Shown: positions 35,939 to 47,933, numbered from the stretch's first letter. The stretch is DNA of 64,000 nt from Alphaproteobacteria bacterium (GCA_965220745.1 CBDCQT010000012.1:4661-68660); one strand, 5' to 3'. Notes: a model not told the origin generated them from the letters alone. Translations and numbers: made by a program.

Positions 35939-37309
35939 ATGGCGGATTTCGATCTCCTTGTGATCGGCGGCGGCTCGGGCGGCGTGGCCTGCGCCAGGCG
36001 CGCGGCGGGCTACGGCGCCAAGGCGGCAGTGGTCGAGAACGACCGGCTCGGCGGCACCTGCGTGCACCGCGGCTGCATCCCGAAGAAGCTCCTGGTCTAC
36101 GCCTCGCACTTCAGCCACGACTTCGAGGACGCGGCGGGCTACGGCTGGACCGTCGGCGAACGCGCCTTCGACTGGCCGGCCATGGTGCAGGCCAAATCGA
36201 CGGAGCTCGACCGGCTGGAAGGCATCTACGAGCGCCTGCTGCGCAACGCCGGGGCGACGCACATCCGCGGCACCGGCCGCCTGCTCGACGCCCATACCGT
36301 CGCCGTCGGCGACGAGACGCACCGCGCCGAAACCATCGTGATCGCCACCGGCGGCCGGCCCACCATGCCCGACATCCCCGGCATCGAGCTCGCCATCAGC
36401 TCAGACGAGATGTTCGACCTGCCGACACTGCCCGAGCGCATCGTGATCGTGGGCGGCGGCTACATCGCCTGCGAGTTCGCCTGCATCATGCAGGGCCTCG
36501 GCTCGAAGGTGACCCAGCTCTACCGGCGCGACCTGCCGTTGCGCGGTTTCGACCACGACCTGCGCGAAGTGCTCTGCGAGGAGATGCGCAAGGGCGGGGT
36601 CGACCTCCGGCTCAACATCAACGCGGCCTCCCTCGCCCGAAACGGGTCGGCGATCGCGGTCACGACGACGACCGGCGAGATCATCGAGGCGGACCAGGTG
36701 CTGTTCGCCACCGGGCGGAAGCCCAGCGTCGCCGGCCTCGGGCTCGAGACCGCGGGCATCGAGCCCGCTGAGGGCGGCGCCATCCCGGTCGATGAGGCCT
36801 CGCACACGGGCGCCGCCAACATCTATGCCATCGGCGACGTCACCGACCGCATCAACCTGACTCCGGTGGCGATCCATGAGGGCCGCTGCATTGCCGAGAC
36901 TCTCTACAACGACAACCCGCAGAACCCGGACCACCGCGACGTGGCGACGGCGGTCTTTACCACGCCGGAGCTTGGCACGGTCGGGCTCACCGAGGAGGAA
37001 GCCCGGCAGACCTACCCCGCCGTGGACATCTACAAGACCCGCTTCCGCCCGCTCAAGCACACGCTCACGACGAGGGAAGAGACCGTCTTCATGAAGCTCG
37101 TCGTCGACCGCGCCTCGGGCCGGGTGGTCGGCTGCCACATGGTGGGCGACGGCGCGGGCGAGGCCGTGCAGCTACTGGGTATCGCCGTCAAGGCGGGCGC
37201 GACCAAGGCCCAGTTCGACGCGACCATGGCGGTCCACCCGACCGCGGCGGAGGAGTTCGTCACCATGTACGAGCCGGTTGCTGAGACCGTTGCCGACGCC
37301 GCCCAATAG
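35939..37309 (+). CDS. gor: glutathione-disulfide reductase
   Basis: MADFDLLVIGGGSGGVACARRAA...GGTCVHRGCIPKK (redox-active CxxxxC)...C-terminal HPTAAEE dimerisation/His-Glu motif. Confidence 0.85.
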   Translation: MADFDLLVIGGGSGGVACARRAAGYGAKAAVVENDRLGGTCVHRGCIPKKLLVYASHFSHDFEDAAGYGWTVGERAFDWPAMVQAKSTELDRLEGIYERLLRNAGATHIRGTGRLLDAHTVAVGDETHRAETIVIATGGRPTMPDIPGIELAISSDEMFDLPTLPERIVIVGGGYIACEFACIMQGLGSKVTQLYRRDLPLRGFDHDLREVLCEEMRKGGVDLRLNINAASLARNGSAIAVTTTTGEIIEADQVLFATGRKPSVAGLGLETAGIEPAEGGAIPVDEASHTGAANIYAIGDVTDRINLTPVAIHEGRCIAETLYNDNPQNPDHRDVATAVFTTPELGTVGLTEEEARQTYPAVDIYKTRFRPLKHTLTTREETVFMKLVVDRASGRVVGCHMVGDGAGEAVQLLGIAVKAGATKAQFDATMAVHPTAAEEFVTMYEPVAETVADAAQ

Positions 37310-37424
37310 CCCATCGGCGCGCGCCGCGCCGGCAGATACCGCTGCCAAACAGGAAAATGCTGGCACGACGGACGGTTCGGGCGTATAGCACGGCAACAAC
37401 GACATAATTCCGCGGGAGAACGAC

Positions 37425-38807
37425 ATGCCCGGCACGTGGAACCCCGGCCGCTGGCGCGGGCTGCCGATCAAGCAGCAGCCGCAATGGCCCGACGCGGCCG
37501 ATCTCGCCTCGGCCGAGGAACGCTTGAAGACCTCGCCCCCGCTGGTCTTCGCCGGTGAGGCGCGGAGGCTGCGCGAGAGCCTGGCACGGGTGAGCGAGGG
37601 CCGCGCCTTCCTGCTGCAGGGCGGGGATTGCGCCGAGAGCTTCGCGGAATTCCACCCCGACACGGTACGCGACACCTTCCGCGTCCTGCTGCAAATGGCG
37701 GTGGTTCTGACCTACGGTGCCAAACTGCCGGTGGTCAAGGTCGGGCGCCTCGCGGGGCAGTTCGCCAAGCCGCGCTCGTCGGACACCGAGACCGTGGGCG
37801 ACACGACGCTGCCCGCCTACCGCGGCGACATGATCAACGGCATGGCCTTCGACGAGGAAGAGCGGACGCCCGTGCCGCAACGCCTGCTCCGGGCCTACGG
37901 CCAATCCGCGTCGACCCTCAACCTGCTGCGCGCGCTTGCCCACGGCGGCTACGCCGACCTCCACGCCGTGCACCGCTGGAACCTCGGTTTCGTGGCCGAG
38001 AGCACGCAGGGCGCGCGCTACGAGGCGCTCGCCAACCAGATCGGCGACACGCTCGACTTCATGGCGGCCTGCGGGCTCACCGAGGAAACCTCGCCGCAGA
38101 TCCGCGAGACCGAGTTCTACACCTCCCACGAGGCTCTGATCCTGGAATACGAGCAGGCGCTGACCCGCGTCGATTCGACCACCGGCGGGTGGTACGACTG
38201 CAGCGCGCACATGCTCTGGATCGGCGACCGCACGCGGCAGGTGGACGGGGCGCATGTCGACTTCCTGAGCGGGGTCGGCAACCCGATTGGGCTCAAGGCA
38301 GGCCCCAGCATCACGCCGGACGACCTGCTTGCCCTGATCGACCGGCTCAACCCGCACAACGAGCCCGGCAAGCTCACGGTGATCGCGCGCATGGGGCACG
38401 AGGCGGTCGAAGCCAAGCTGCCGCCCCTCGTGCGTGCCGTCCAGGGGGAGGGCCGGCACGTGGTCTGGGCCTGCGATCCCATGCACGGCAACACGATCAA
38501 GTCCTCCAACGGCTACAAGACCCGCGTCTTCGACCAGGTTTTGGCGGAGGTGCGCGGCTTCTTCGCGGTGCACCGGGCCGAGGGCACGTATCCCGGCGGT
38601 GTCCATTTCGAGATGACCGGCCAGGACGTGACCGAGTGCCTGGGCGGCGCCCAGGCGATCACCGAGGAGGACCTCTCCAGCCGCTACCACACCCACTGCG
38701 ACCCGCGGCTCAACGCCTCGCAGGCTCTGGAGCTCGCCTTCCTCATCTCCGAGCATCTGAGGGAGGAGCGAGCGGCCACCGCCCAGCCAAGGGCGCTTCA
38801 CGGCTAG
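37425..38807 (+). CDS. 3-deoxy-7-phosphoheptulonate (DAHP) synthase, class II
   Basis: ...[11 protein letters not shown]...[14 protein letters not shown]... and ~460 aa length are characteristic of plant-type class II DAHP synthases. Confidence 0.9.
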   Translation: MPGTWNPGRWRGLPIKQQPQWPDAADLASAEERLKTSPPLVFAGEARRLRESLARVSEGRAFLLQGGDCAESFAEFHPDTVRDTFRVLLQMAVVLTYGAKLPVVKVGRLAGQFAKPRSSDTETVGDTTLPAYRGDMINGMAFDEEERTPVPQRLLRAYGQSASTLNLLRALAHGGYADLHAVHRWNLGFVAESTQGARYEALANQIGDTLDFMAACGLTEETSPQIRETEFYTSHEALILEYEQALTRVDSTTGGWYDCSAHMLWIGDRTRQVDGAHVDFLSGVGNPIGLKAGPSITPDDLLALIDRLNPHNEPGKLTVIARMGHEAVEAKLPPLVRAVQGEGRHVVWACDPMHGNTIKSSNGYKTRVFDQVLAEVRGFFAVHRAEGTYPGGVHFEMTGQDVTECLGGAQAITEEDLSSRYHTHCDPRLNASQALELAFLISEHLREERAATAQPRALHG

Positions 38808-38827
38808 AGGTGCGGAAGGGGGTCGCG

Positions 38828-39985
38828 ATGTTGCCCCACAATGGACCCCGCGACAGCGAGGTCACCCGCTACACCGACCACTACTTCACGCGCACGCGCA
38901 AGGCGATCGGCCGCTTCGGCGACGCTCGGGTCACCTACGCGCTGTTCATGCGGCGGCCGGTCTGTTTCGCGCCCCGCCTGATGATCGAGTGGCTGAACTC
39001 GGTCGCGGCGGAGCGTGGCACCGAATTCACCATCGAGTGCCGGTTCGAGGAAGGCGAGTGGGTCGGTGCCGGCGAGCCGCTCATCTACCTCTCGGGCTCC
39101 TTCCGTCACCTCGTCGATCTGGAGACGCTTTACCTGCAGCGGCTGGGCGCCGTCTGCGTCGCCGCCTACAACGCCTACGCCATGTCCCGCAGCCTGCCCA
39201 AGGTTGCGTTCATGGCAATGGACGCGCGCCATTGCGCAGGCATCGAGATGGCCGAGATGATGGCCTACGCGGCGAGCGTCGGCTCGAAAGCGGCGAAGCA
39301 GGAGTGCGGCGCGGTCGGCTTCATCGGCAACGCCACAGACGCGACCGCCCACTATTTCGGCAATCAGCGGGGCTACGGCACCATGCCCCACGCCTTCATC
39401 GGCTACGCGGGCTCCACGGTCCGCGCCGCCGAGATGTATCACGAAATTTTCGCGGGCGAGCCGATGACCGTGCTCGTCGACTACTACGGGCAGGAGATCA
39501 CCGATGCGCTCGCCGTGTGCCAGCGCTTCCCGGAGCTTGTCGCGCGCGGCGAGCTGAGCTTCCGCCTCGATACCCACGGCAGCCGCTATGTCGAGGGCCT
39601 GGACATGGCGAAGTCATACGCCGTGCTGGAGCGCTACTGTCCGACTGCCGTTCGTGAATACCGCACCGAGGCGGAGCTGCGCTGGCTGCACGGCACCGGT
39701 GTCAGCGCCGCGGCGCTCTTCCACCTGCGCGCGGCGCTCGACGAGGCCGGCTTCGAGAAAGTGAAGATCGTCGCGAGTTCCGGCTTCGGCCCGGCCAAGT
39801 GCAGGGTCATGGCCAGCGTGAACGCGCCCATCGACGTGATCGGCACGGGCTCGTTCCTGCCCGAGAACTGGTCCGAGACCTTCGCGACCGCAGACGTGGT
39901 GGACTACGACGGCACTGCGCGGGTCAAGCTCGGCCGCGAGTTCCTGCTGCGCAACGGCGCGGACGGATCGCCCCGCTCCCGCTGA
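38828..39985 (+). CDS. nicotinate phosphoribosyltransferase family protein
   Basis: Real start MLPHNGPRDSEVTRYTDHYFTRT... lies inside the 785-aa track ORF. ...YGTMPHAFIGY... and ...SFRLDTHG... are typical of the NAPRTase/QPRTase-like fold. Sits next to nadE. Confidence 0.7.
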   Translation: MLPHNGPRDSEVTRYTDHYFTRTRKAIGRFGDARVTYALFMRRPVCFAPRLMIEWLNSVAAERGTEFTIECRFEEGEWVGAGEPLIYLSGSFRHLVDLETLYLQRLGAVCVAAYNAYAMSRSLPKVAFMAMDARHCAGIEMAEMMAYAASVGSKAAKQECGAVGFIGNATDATAHYFGNQRGYGTMPHAFIGYAGSTVRAAEMYHEIFAGEPMTVLVDYYGQEITDALAVCQRFPELVARGELSFRLDTHGSRYVEGLDMAKSYAVLERYCPTAVREYRTEAELRWLHGTGVSAAALFHLRAALDEAGFEKVKIVASSGFGPAKCRVMASVNAPIDVIGTGSFLPENWSETFATADVVDYDGTARVKLGREFLLRNGADGSPRSR

Positions 39986-40073
39986 GGTGCGCCCCCCGAG
40001 GCCACGCGAGTCGGGCGAGCGTTCGTAATCGGGGCCGGCAAGTGCCGGCTCCTTTGTGTATAACCGGCCGACC

Positions 40074-41735
40074 ATGACCGACACGCTCGCCATCGCGCTC
40101 GCCCAGCTCAATCCCACCGTGGGAGACCTGGAGGGCAACAAGGCGCTGATCCTGCGCGCCCGCGCTGAGGCCGCGGCCCAAGGCGCCGACCTCGTGGTCT
40201 GCACCGAGCTCGTGGTGACCGGCTACCCGCCGGAAGACCTGGTGCTCAAACCGATGTTCCAGGAGCAGTCGCGGGCGATTGTGGAAGCGCTCGCGGCGGC
40301 GACGGCGGACGGCGGGCCTGCGCTCCTCATCGGTGCGCCCTGGGTCGACGGCGGCAAGCTCTACAACGCCGTGCTGCTGCTCGACGAGGGCCGCATCGCG
40401 GCGCAGCGCTACAAGTACGAGCTGCCCAACTACGGCGTCTTCGACGAGGTGCGGGTGTTCGCGCGCGCCGGCCTGCCGGGGCCGATCCCGTTTCGCGGCG
40501 TCCGGCTCGGCGCCATGATCTGCGAGGACATGTGGTTCCCCGAGGTCGCCGAATGCCTCGCAGAATCGGGCGCCGAGATCATGATCGCAATCAACGGCTC
40601 GCCATTCGAGAGCGACAAGGGCGACACTCGCCTCAACCTCGCCGTCGCGCGCATCGGCGAGACCGAACTGCCGTTGATCTACGTGAACCAGGTGGGCGGC
40701 CAGGACGAGCTGGTCTTCGACGGCGCTTCCTTCATCCTTAACGCCGATCACAGCCTCGCCGCCCAGGCGCCGGCCTTCGAAGAGGCGATCATGCTCACCC
40801 GCTGGACGCGCGAGAGCGACGGCTGGCACTGCGCGCCTGCATCCCGTGCCACGCTGCCCGATGGCCACGCGGCGACCTATCGCGCCATGACGGTGGGGCT
40901 CCGCGACTATGTGGAGAAGAACGGCTTCCCCGGCGTGCTGATCGGGTTGTCAGGGGGCATCGACTCCGCGCTGACGGCCGCCGTCGCCGTCGATGCGCTT
41001 GGCGCCGAGCGGGTCTTTTGCGTCGCCATGCCGTCGCGCTACACCGCGCAATCCTCCCTCGACGACGCGGCCGAGTGCGCGCGCCTGCTCGGAGTCCGCC
41101 ACGAGGTGGTGGGGATCGAGCCGGCGGTGGACGCGCTCGGCGAAACGCTGGGGCCGATCTTCGCCGGCCGCGCCGCGGATGAAACCGAGGAGAACATCCA
41201 GGCTCGCGTGCGCGGCGTCATCCTGATGGCGATCAGCAACAAGCTCGGCCACATGGTGCTTACCACCGGCAACAAGTCGGAGATGTCGGTGGGCTACGCC
41301 ACGCTCTACGGCGACATGTGCGGCGGCTACTCGGTGCTGAAGGACGTCTACAAGACCGACGTGTTCGCGATGTCGCGCTGGCGCAACCGCAACTGGATGG
41401 AGGGGCTCAGGGGGCCGCAGGGGCCGGTGATTCCCGAGGCGATCATCGACAAGCCGCCGAGCGCGGAGCTTCGGCCCGACCAGACCGATCAGGACACGCT
41501 CCCCCCCTACGAGGTGCTGGACGACGTGTTGCGCGGCCTGGTTGAGGAAGAACGCTCGACCGAGGAGATCGTCGCCCGCGGCCACGCGGCGGAGATTGCG
41601 GCGCGCATCTGGCGGATGCTCGACATCGCGGAGTATAAGCGGCGCCAGGCGCCGCCGGGCATCAAGCTCACGCTGCGCTCCTTCGGCAAGGACCGCCGCT
41701 ACCCCATCACCAACCGCTACCGCGGGACCGGTTAA
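40074..41735 (+). CDS. nadE: glutamine-dependent NAD+ synthetase (nitrilase-like + synthetase domains)
   Basis: N-terminal CN-hydrolase domain (..LVVCTELVVTGYPPEDL.., ..ICEDMWFPE..) and C-terminal PP-loop GLSGGIDSA. Confidence 0.9.
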   Translation: MTDTLAIALAQLNPTVGDLEGNKALILRARAEAAAQGADLVVCTELVVTGYPPEDLVLKPMFQEQSRAIVEALAAATADGGPALLIGAPWVDGGKLYNAVLLLDEGRIAAQRYKYELPNYGVFDEVRVFARAGLPGPIPFRGVRLGAMICEDMWFPEVAECLAESGAEIMIAINGSPFESDKGDTRLNLAVARIGETELPLIYVNQVGGQDELVFDGASFILNADHSLAAQAPAFEEAIMLTRWTRESDGWHCAPASRATLPDGHAATYRAMTVGLRDYVEKNGFPGVLIGLSGGIDSALTAAVAVDALGAERVFCVAMPSRYTAQSSLDDAAECARLLGVRHEVVGIEPAVDALGETLGPIFAGRAADETEENIQARVRGVILMAISNKLGHMVLTTGNKSEMSVGYATLYGDMCGGYSVLKDVYKTDVFAMSRWRNRNWMEGLRGPQGPVIPEAIIDKPPSAELRPDQTDQDTLPPYEVLDDVLRGLVEEERSTEEIVARGHAAEIAARIWRMLDIAEYKRRQAPPGIKLTLRSFGKDRRYPITNRYRGTG

Positions 41736-41738
41736 GCC

Positions 41739-43118
<1,380 letters not shown>

Positions 43119-43156
43119 CCGACCACCGGGGCCGCTTGCCCACGGCAGGCTGAACC

Positions 43157-43972
43157 GTGGCGGGGACCGACCGGCGCAAGGCCTGCGCGGCGGCCCACGT
43201 CGATGCGGGCGCGCCGGCGGTCATCCTCGTGCGCACCCAGCTCGGCGAGAATATCGGCGCCGCCGCCCGCGCCATGCTGAACTGCGGCCTCTCCGACCTG
43301 CGCCTGGTCCAGCCCCGCGACGGTTGGCCCAACGTGAAGGCGCTGGGCGCGGCCTCCGGCGCGGATGCGGTGCTGAACGGCGTGCGGCTCTGCGCGACCG
43401 TGGAGGAGGCCGTGGCCGACCTCAATGTGGTCCACGCCACCACGGCACGGCCGCGCGAGTTGCTGAAGCCGGAGCTCGCACCGCGCGAAGCGGTCACGGC
43501 GTTGCGCGATGCAGGGCGCGGGGGCGCTCGCCTCGGCCTCCTCTTCGGGCCGGAGAAAGCGGGCCTCAAGAACGAGGAGCTGGTGCTCGCCGATGCCATC
43601 GTCCGGATTCCGCTCAACCCCGCCTTCGCCTCGCTCAACCTGGCGCAGGCGGTCCTCATCATGGCCTACGAGTGGCGCCTCGTGAGCGCCCCGCTGGAGG
43701 ACGAGGACGAACCGGCCCCGCCGCCGACGGGGAGCGCGCGGCCCGCCACCAAGGACGAGATCCTGCATTTCTTCCGACACCTGGAGGGCGCGCTCGACGA
43801 CCGCGACTTCTTCCCGACGCCGGAGATGCGGCCCAAGATGGTGCAGAACATGCGCACCATGTTCGAGCGCATCTCGCTCACCCGCCAGGACGTGCAGACT
43901 CTGCGCGGCGTCGTGCGCGCGCTCACCGGCGAGCGGCTCAGACGCGGCCGTCCACCGGGCCCGGCCGATTGA
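43157..43972 (+). CDS. SpoU/TrmH-family RNA 2'-O-methyltransferase (TrmJ-like)
   Basis: ...ILVRTQLGENIGAAARAMLNCG...LLFGPEKAGL...IPLNPAFASLNLAQAV... SPOUT motifs. GTG start. Confidence 0.75.
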   Translation: MAGTDRRKACAAAHVDAGAPAVILVRTQLGENIGAAARAMLNCGLSDLRLVQPRDGWPNVKALGAASGADAVLNGVRLCATVEEAVADLNVVHATTARPRELLKPELAPREAVTALRDAGRGGARLGLLFGPEKAGLKNEELVLADAIVRIPLNPAFASLNLAQAVLIMAYEWRLVSAPLEDEDEPAPPPTGSARPATKDEILHFFRHLEGALDDRDFFPTPEMRPKMVQNMRTMFERISLTRQDVQTLRGVVRALTGERLRRGRPPGPAD

Positions 43973-44056
43973 CACCGCACCGGCGGGGGCTATAGTGCGC
44001 CCGGCTCGCCGCCAAAGGCCGCGGGCGCACGCGATTCTCCCACCGGCACGGGCACG

Positions 44057-44671
44057 ATGAGCAAGCGACAGCAGTCGAAATACAAGATTTGCCGGCGCCT
44101 CGGCGTCAACCTCTGGGGCCGGCCCAAGAGCCCCACCAACCGGCGCGACTACGGGCCGGGGCAGCACGGCCAGCGGCGGCGCAAGCCGTCCGACTTCGGC
44201 GTGCAGCTCGCGGCCAAGCAGCGCCTGCGCGGCTACTACGGCAACATCACCGAGAAGCAGTTCCGCCGCTACTACCACATCGCCGGCGACCGCAAGGGCG
44301 ACACCGGCGAGAATCTGGTCGGGCTGCTGGAGCGGCGCCTCGATGCCGTCGTCTACCGCATGAAGTTCGTGCCGACCGTGTTCGCGGCACGGCAGTTCGT
44401 GAGCCACGGCCACATCCTGGTGAACGGCCGCCGGGTGACGATCCCGAGCTACCTGGTGAAGGACGAGGACCGCATCACGGTGCGCGAGCGCTCGAAGCAG
44501 CTGCCGCTGGTGCTGGAGGCGATCGATTCGCCGGAGCGCGACGTGCCGGACTATCTCGAGGTCGACCACGACCGGATGGAGGGCCGCTTCATCCGTGCGC
44601 CCAAGTTCGCCGACGTGCCCTACCCGGTGACGATGGAGCCCAATCTCGTCATCGAGTACTACTCCCGCTAA
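44057..44671 (+). CDS. rpsD: 30S ribosomal protein S4
   Basis: [26 protein letters not shown]...S4 RNA-binding domain ...[31 protein letters not shown]. Confidence 0.95.
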   Translation: MSKRQQSKYKICRRLGVNLWGRPKSPTNRRDYGPGQHGQRRRKPSDFGVQLAAKQRLRGYYGNITEKQFRRYYHIAGDRKGDTGENLVGLLERRLDAVVYRMKFVPTVFAARQFVSHGHILVNGRRVTIPSYLVKDEDRITVRERSKQLPLVLEAIDSPERDVPDYLEVDHDRMEGRFIRAPKFADVPYPVTMEPNLVIEYYSR

Positions 44672-44691
44672 CCCCCGCGCGCTCACGGCCC

Positions 44692-44713
44692 CGCCCTGCC
44701 GATTGACAGGGCG
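44692..44713 (+). terminator. hairpin downstream of rpsD
   Basis: CGCCCTG-CCGATTGA-CAGGGCG, a 7-bp stem 20 nt after the rpsD stop. A TTTT run follows only after ~14 nt, so intrinsic-terminator status is uncertain. Confidence 0.35.
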
Positions 44714-44766
44714 CCCCATCCCGGCTTTTGTCTGCCCAGGGAAACCGAGGGTAAGGGAGGAGCGTG

Positions 44767-45351
44767 ATGGGCACGTTGGCATTCGAGCATCATCTGCTGA
44801 AGGAAGCCGGCACGAGCCCCAACAACGGGGCGCTGCCGCTCATCGTCTATCGGGGCGCCATCGATGTCGGCGGCGCCGAGCCGGAAGCGGCGGTCGAGCG
44901 CCACTTCGACTCCAACGGTTGGGGCGACGGCTTTCGCGGCGATACCTTTCCTTTCCACCACTACCACTCCATCGCCCACGAGGTGGTGGGCTGCGCACGC
45001 GGTGCGGCGCAGCTCCAGTTCGGCGGGCCGGAGGGGCCGGTGGTGGACGTGCAGGCGGGCGATGCCGTGCTGATCCCCGCCGGCGTGGTCCACGCTCGCC
45101 TCGACGACAAGCCGGGTTACGTCAGCGTCGGCGCCTACCCGCCGGGGCAGCAGCCGGACCTCTGCGTGCTGTCGAACCAGGATGCCGAGGTCTCGAACGC
45201 GCGCGAGGATACCGAGGGCCTGGAGCTGAAGGTGATCGGCCAGACGGAGATGCCCGCGATCAGGGCCTCCATCGCCGATGTCCCGCTGCCCGCGACCGAC
45301 CCGCTCGCCGGCGGCAGCGGCCCCGTGGCCGAGCTCTGGCTGGAGCGCTGA
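44767..45351 (+). CDS. YjlB-like cupin domain protein
   Basis: An AAGGGAGGAG RBS. ...FHHYHSIAHEVVGCARGAAQLQFGGPEG...GDAVLIPAGVVH... The last 35 nt are duplicated at 47168-47202. Confidence 0.7.
   Translation: MGTLAFEHHLLKEAGTSPNNGALPLIVYRGAIDVGGAEPEAAVERHFDSNGWGDGFRGDTFPFHHYHSIAHEVVGCARGAAQLQFGGPEGPVVDVQAGDAVLIPAGVVHARLDDKPGYVSVGAYPPGQQPDLCVLSNQDAEVSNAREDTEGLELKVIGQTEMPAIRASIADVPLPATDPLAGGSGPVAELWLER
45317..45351. repeat. 35-bp direct repeat, copy 1 (3' end of cupin gene including stop)
   Basis: GCGGCCCCGTGGCCGAGCTCTGGCTGGAGCGCTGA matches 47168-47202 with one mismatch (G/A). Confidence 0.9.
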
Positions 45352-45715
45352 GCGCCGGCGCCAGCCGTTGGATCCGATAATCTTGTGCGCGTAGTACTAA
45401 CGAGCACACTCTCGCAATCGTACATTTCCTGATGCAGTGTTGATTCTGACGTCTGCCTCAAGTCATGCTGTCTACACCACGTTACCCATTCAAGCTTACC
45501 AGCTCGGTAATGCACATGGTGCCATCTGTCTTGCTGAGCCACCTATTCGGAAAATGTAAGTTTCGCCCAATGGTTCATTCGACGCCGTTTCGCTTTGAGA
45601 ACTGTCAAGGAATTAATTTGACTTGTATGTGTATTTCCCCCAACTACAAATTACCCGTTAATTTTCTCCAAGGACACGCCATGTGCCGGCACCGTATCTA
45701 AAATCCCTGTTATGA

Positions 45716-46540
45716 TTATTTTATAACTGACTCAATAGAATACAAATTGCATTTATCGATAGTAGATCGCATTATAAAGTAGTGATCGCTTGCCTCCTTG
45801 AACTCTCCATTACCTATAGCCATCTGGCGTTCATTTTCTGTTCGGAAAACAACGAAGTCTTCGATTCCACGAGCTGCGAAATCTCTTTCCACGTAAGCCT
45901 TATTTAGGGATTCCCATCTGCCAATCGGGCTATTCTTGTCTGCCGTATAATATCTATCTTGAAAGAATTCGTCACAATACAGGACAGGCCTAAATGTGTA
46001 ATACAGTTCCGAAATCAGGGGTCCAACAAGTATAGAGATGGTTTCTTGATCGCAAACGTATTCACCAGGTTCCTTTTGAGTGCTTCCGGCCTCAAAAACT
46101 TCCATGAAATTGCCGCAATCATACATTAGAGCGATTCTCTGAAGAAGTGCAGTGAGAGACTGTCGTATTTCATCTTGATGGTTGGGTAGCTCCCTGTGGC
46201 CAAATACAAGAAGGGCCGCCTCTTCTTTTTCCCAGCTTTTTTCTTGCCAAATCAAATACTCTATCCTATGACTTAGTACTCTTAGTCGCTTAACTGCATC
46301 AGAATTAACAAAGTCTGTATATAGCGCTACAGCGCGGGAGACTGCAGCGCGTTGGTTCTCCTGGATAGCGGAAACGGCTGCCCGATCATTCTCTTGCTTT
46401 GCTATCTCCCCCTGAATTTGCTGTCCCTGCTCAGCAATATTTTGCTGTATGATGATTGCAAATGCCGCAACAATCACGGTTGCGATTACCGTGGGCTCTA
46501 TCCATTTGCGCACGTAGGATCTAATGTTCAGAAACTGCAT
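45716..46540 (-). CDS. hypothetical membrane-anchored protein in AT-rich insert
   Basis: 274 aa. An N-terminal TM segment (IEPTVIATVIVAAFAIII) is followed by a Gln/Glu-rich helix and a ~200-aa Cys/Tyr/Phe-rich domain. Codon usage and GC content are clearly unlike the flanking genes. No domain recognised. Confidence 0.65.
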   Translation of the reverse strand: MQFLNIRSYVRKWIEPTVIATVIVAAFAIIIQQNIAEQGQQIQGEIAKQENDRAAVSAIQENQRAAVSRAVALYTDFVNSDAVKRLRVLSHRIEYLIWQEKSWEKEEAALLVFGHRELPNHQDEIRQSLTALLQRIALMYDCGNFMEVFEAGSTQKEPGEYVCDQETISILVGPLISELYYTFRPVLYCDEFFQDRYYTADKNSPIGRWESLNKAYVERDFAARGIEDFVVFRTENERQMAIGNGEFKEASDHYFIMRSTIDKCNLYSIESVIK

Positions 46541-46962
46541 CCAGGTCCTCCAAGAGCTAACTGGCGCAGATGATTCGTCACGTCGTGTGTCTCATGCACA
46601 TAAACCGTCAGGACAAAAGCTCTCGGCTTTGAAAAATTTGAGATAGAATCGTGCGATCTATTCGTGGCTCCCCCAAGACTTCTCTCGGTGCAGTGCAGGA
46701 GCCGAACACAGTAAGAGAGATGGAGACGTCTGCGGCGCTGGCGACCGAAGCACTTTTGCCAAGCTAAGCGCATTCGAACGCCCGCAGAGCGACTGGTCTC
46801 GACGTATAGCCAATCATGACGATCAAGGTGAGAGTGGGCGCCGGGCACATGCCCTGAAGGCATCGCCTGGCGCCCCGCACCCGTCGGGAGTGCACGCCGT
46901 TCCACGCTTCAACCCGATGTCAGCGCTCGGTCCTACGGACGATTCCTATTCGCTCTCATGCG

Positions 46963-47085
46963 CTATCGGCAGACGGCAGGGTTGCGCGCACACGGATTGG
47001 CGTCCGCATCTGGAATGGCCGAAAGGGCACCTGCGCCTAGACCCAGCACGATCGCCGTCACAAGGGCGAGCATGATCATCTTCAT
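46963..47085 (-). CDS. possible 40-aa secreted peptide
   Basis: A GAGGAG RBS, then MKMIMLALVTAIVLGLGAGALSAIPDADANPCARNPAVCR. Below the track cutoff, with no homology support. Confidence 0.25.
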   Translation of the reverse strand: MKMIMLALVTAIVLGLGAGALSAIPDADANPCARNPAVCR

Positions 47086-47167
47086 GGCGTGCTCCTCAAG
47101 CATCAGCTAAACCCCATAAAGTATATCTTATTCGATATAGCACGAAAGCATAATTTGCCGGTAGACG

Positions 47168-47202
47168 GCGGCCCCATGGCCGAGCTCTGGCTGGAGCGCT
47201 GA
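47168..47202. repeat. 35-bp direct repeat, copy 2
   Basis: GCGGCCCCATGGCCGAGCTCTGGCTGGAGCGCTGA at the distal end of the AT-rich insert. Confidence 0.9.
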
Positions 47203-47211
47203 AGGCCAGCC

Positions 47212-47556
47212 TCAATCGAACACGCTGAAGTCGAGGGAGAGCCGCTCGCCCAGCCAGATTGGGTAGTCGCGGTGATCGGCGAGATCGTCGCCGGTGTTGG
47301 GATGGACCAGCACCGAATGTCCCCGGCGGTTGAGCATGAGCCAGGGCACGAACGCGGCGAACAGCGCCGGCTCGAACGCCACCTGGAACATGTGCATCGG
47401 GTGCGGCCCCACCAGCTTGTCGCGCCAGCGCCCGAGCCGCACGGGGAAGCGCGCGATCAGATCGGTTCTGACCGCCGCCGCGCTCTGCCGCGTCGCAGGC
47501 TCGTAGTAGACGTGGGCGTGGTAGCTGGCGATGGCCGCCGGCGGCAGTGGTGTCAA
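47212..47556 (-). CDS. DOPA 4,5-dioxygenase (DODA) family protein
   Basis: ...[26 protein letters not shown]...[13 protein letters not shown]...[23 protein letters not shown]... The proposed TTG start overlaps the grxD stop (TTGA). The start is uncertain. Confidence 0.6.
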   Translation of the reverse strand: MTPLPPAAIASYHAHVYYEPATRQSAAAVRTDLIARFPVRLGRWRDKLVGPHPMHMFQVAFEPALFAAFVPWLMLNRRGHSVLVHPNTGDDLADHRDYPIWLGERLSLDFSVFD

Positions 47557-47906
47557 ACGCGGGGCTCGACGCTGACGCCCCTGGTGCTCAGCAACTCCGA
47601 AAGCTCGCCGGTCTCGTACATCTCGCGCACGATATCGCAGCCGCCCACGAACTCGCCCTTGACGTAGAGCTGCGGGATCGTCGGCCAGTCGCTGAAGCTC
47701 TTGATGCCCTGGCGGACCTCCGGGTCTTCGAGCACGTCGAAGCCCTTGAAGCGCACACCGAGCAGCGAGAGCATCTGCACCACCGTGGCGGAGAACCCGC
47801 ACTGCGGAAACACGGGCGTCCCCTTCATGAACAGGACGACATCGTGCTCGTCGATGAGGCCCCGGATTCGGTTCTCGACCGGCGCACTGGTCGTGGCCTC
47901 GATCAT
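47553..47906 (-). CDS. grxD: monothiol glutaredoxin (Grx4 family)
   Basis: ...[21 protein letters not shown]... (CGFS active site)...[19 protein letters not shown]. Confidence 0.9.
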   Translation of the reverse strand: MIEATTSAPVENRIRGLIDEHDVVLFMKGTPVFPQCGFSATVVQMLSLLGVRFKGFDVLEDPEVRQGIKSFSDWPTIPQLYVKGEFVGGCDIVREMYETGELSELLSTRGVSVEPRV

Positions 47907-47933
47907 GCGAAATCCCCTTTCATTCTCAGATAG

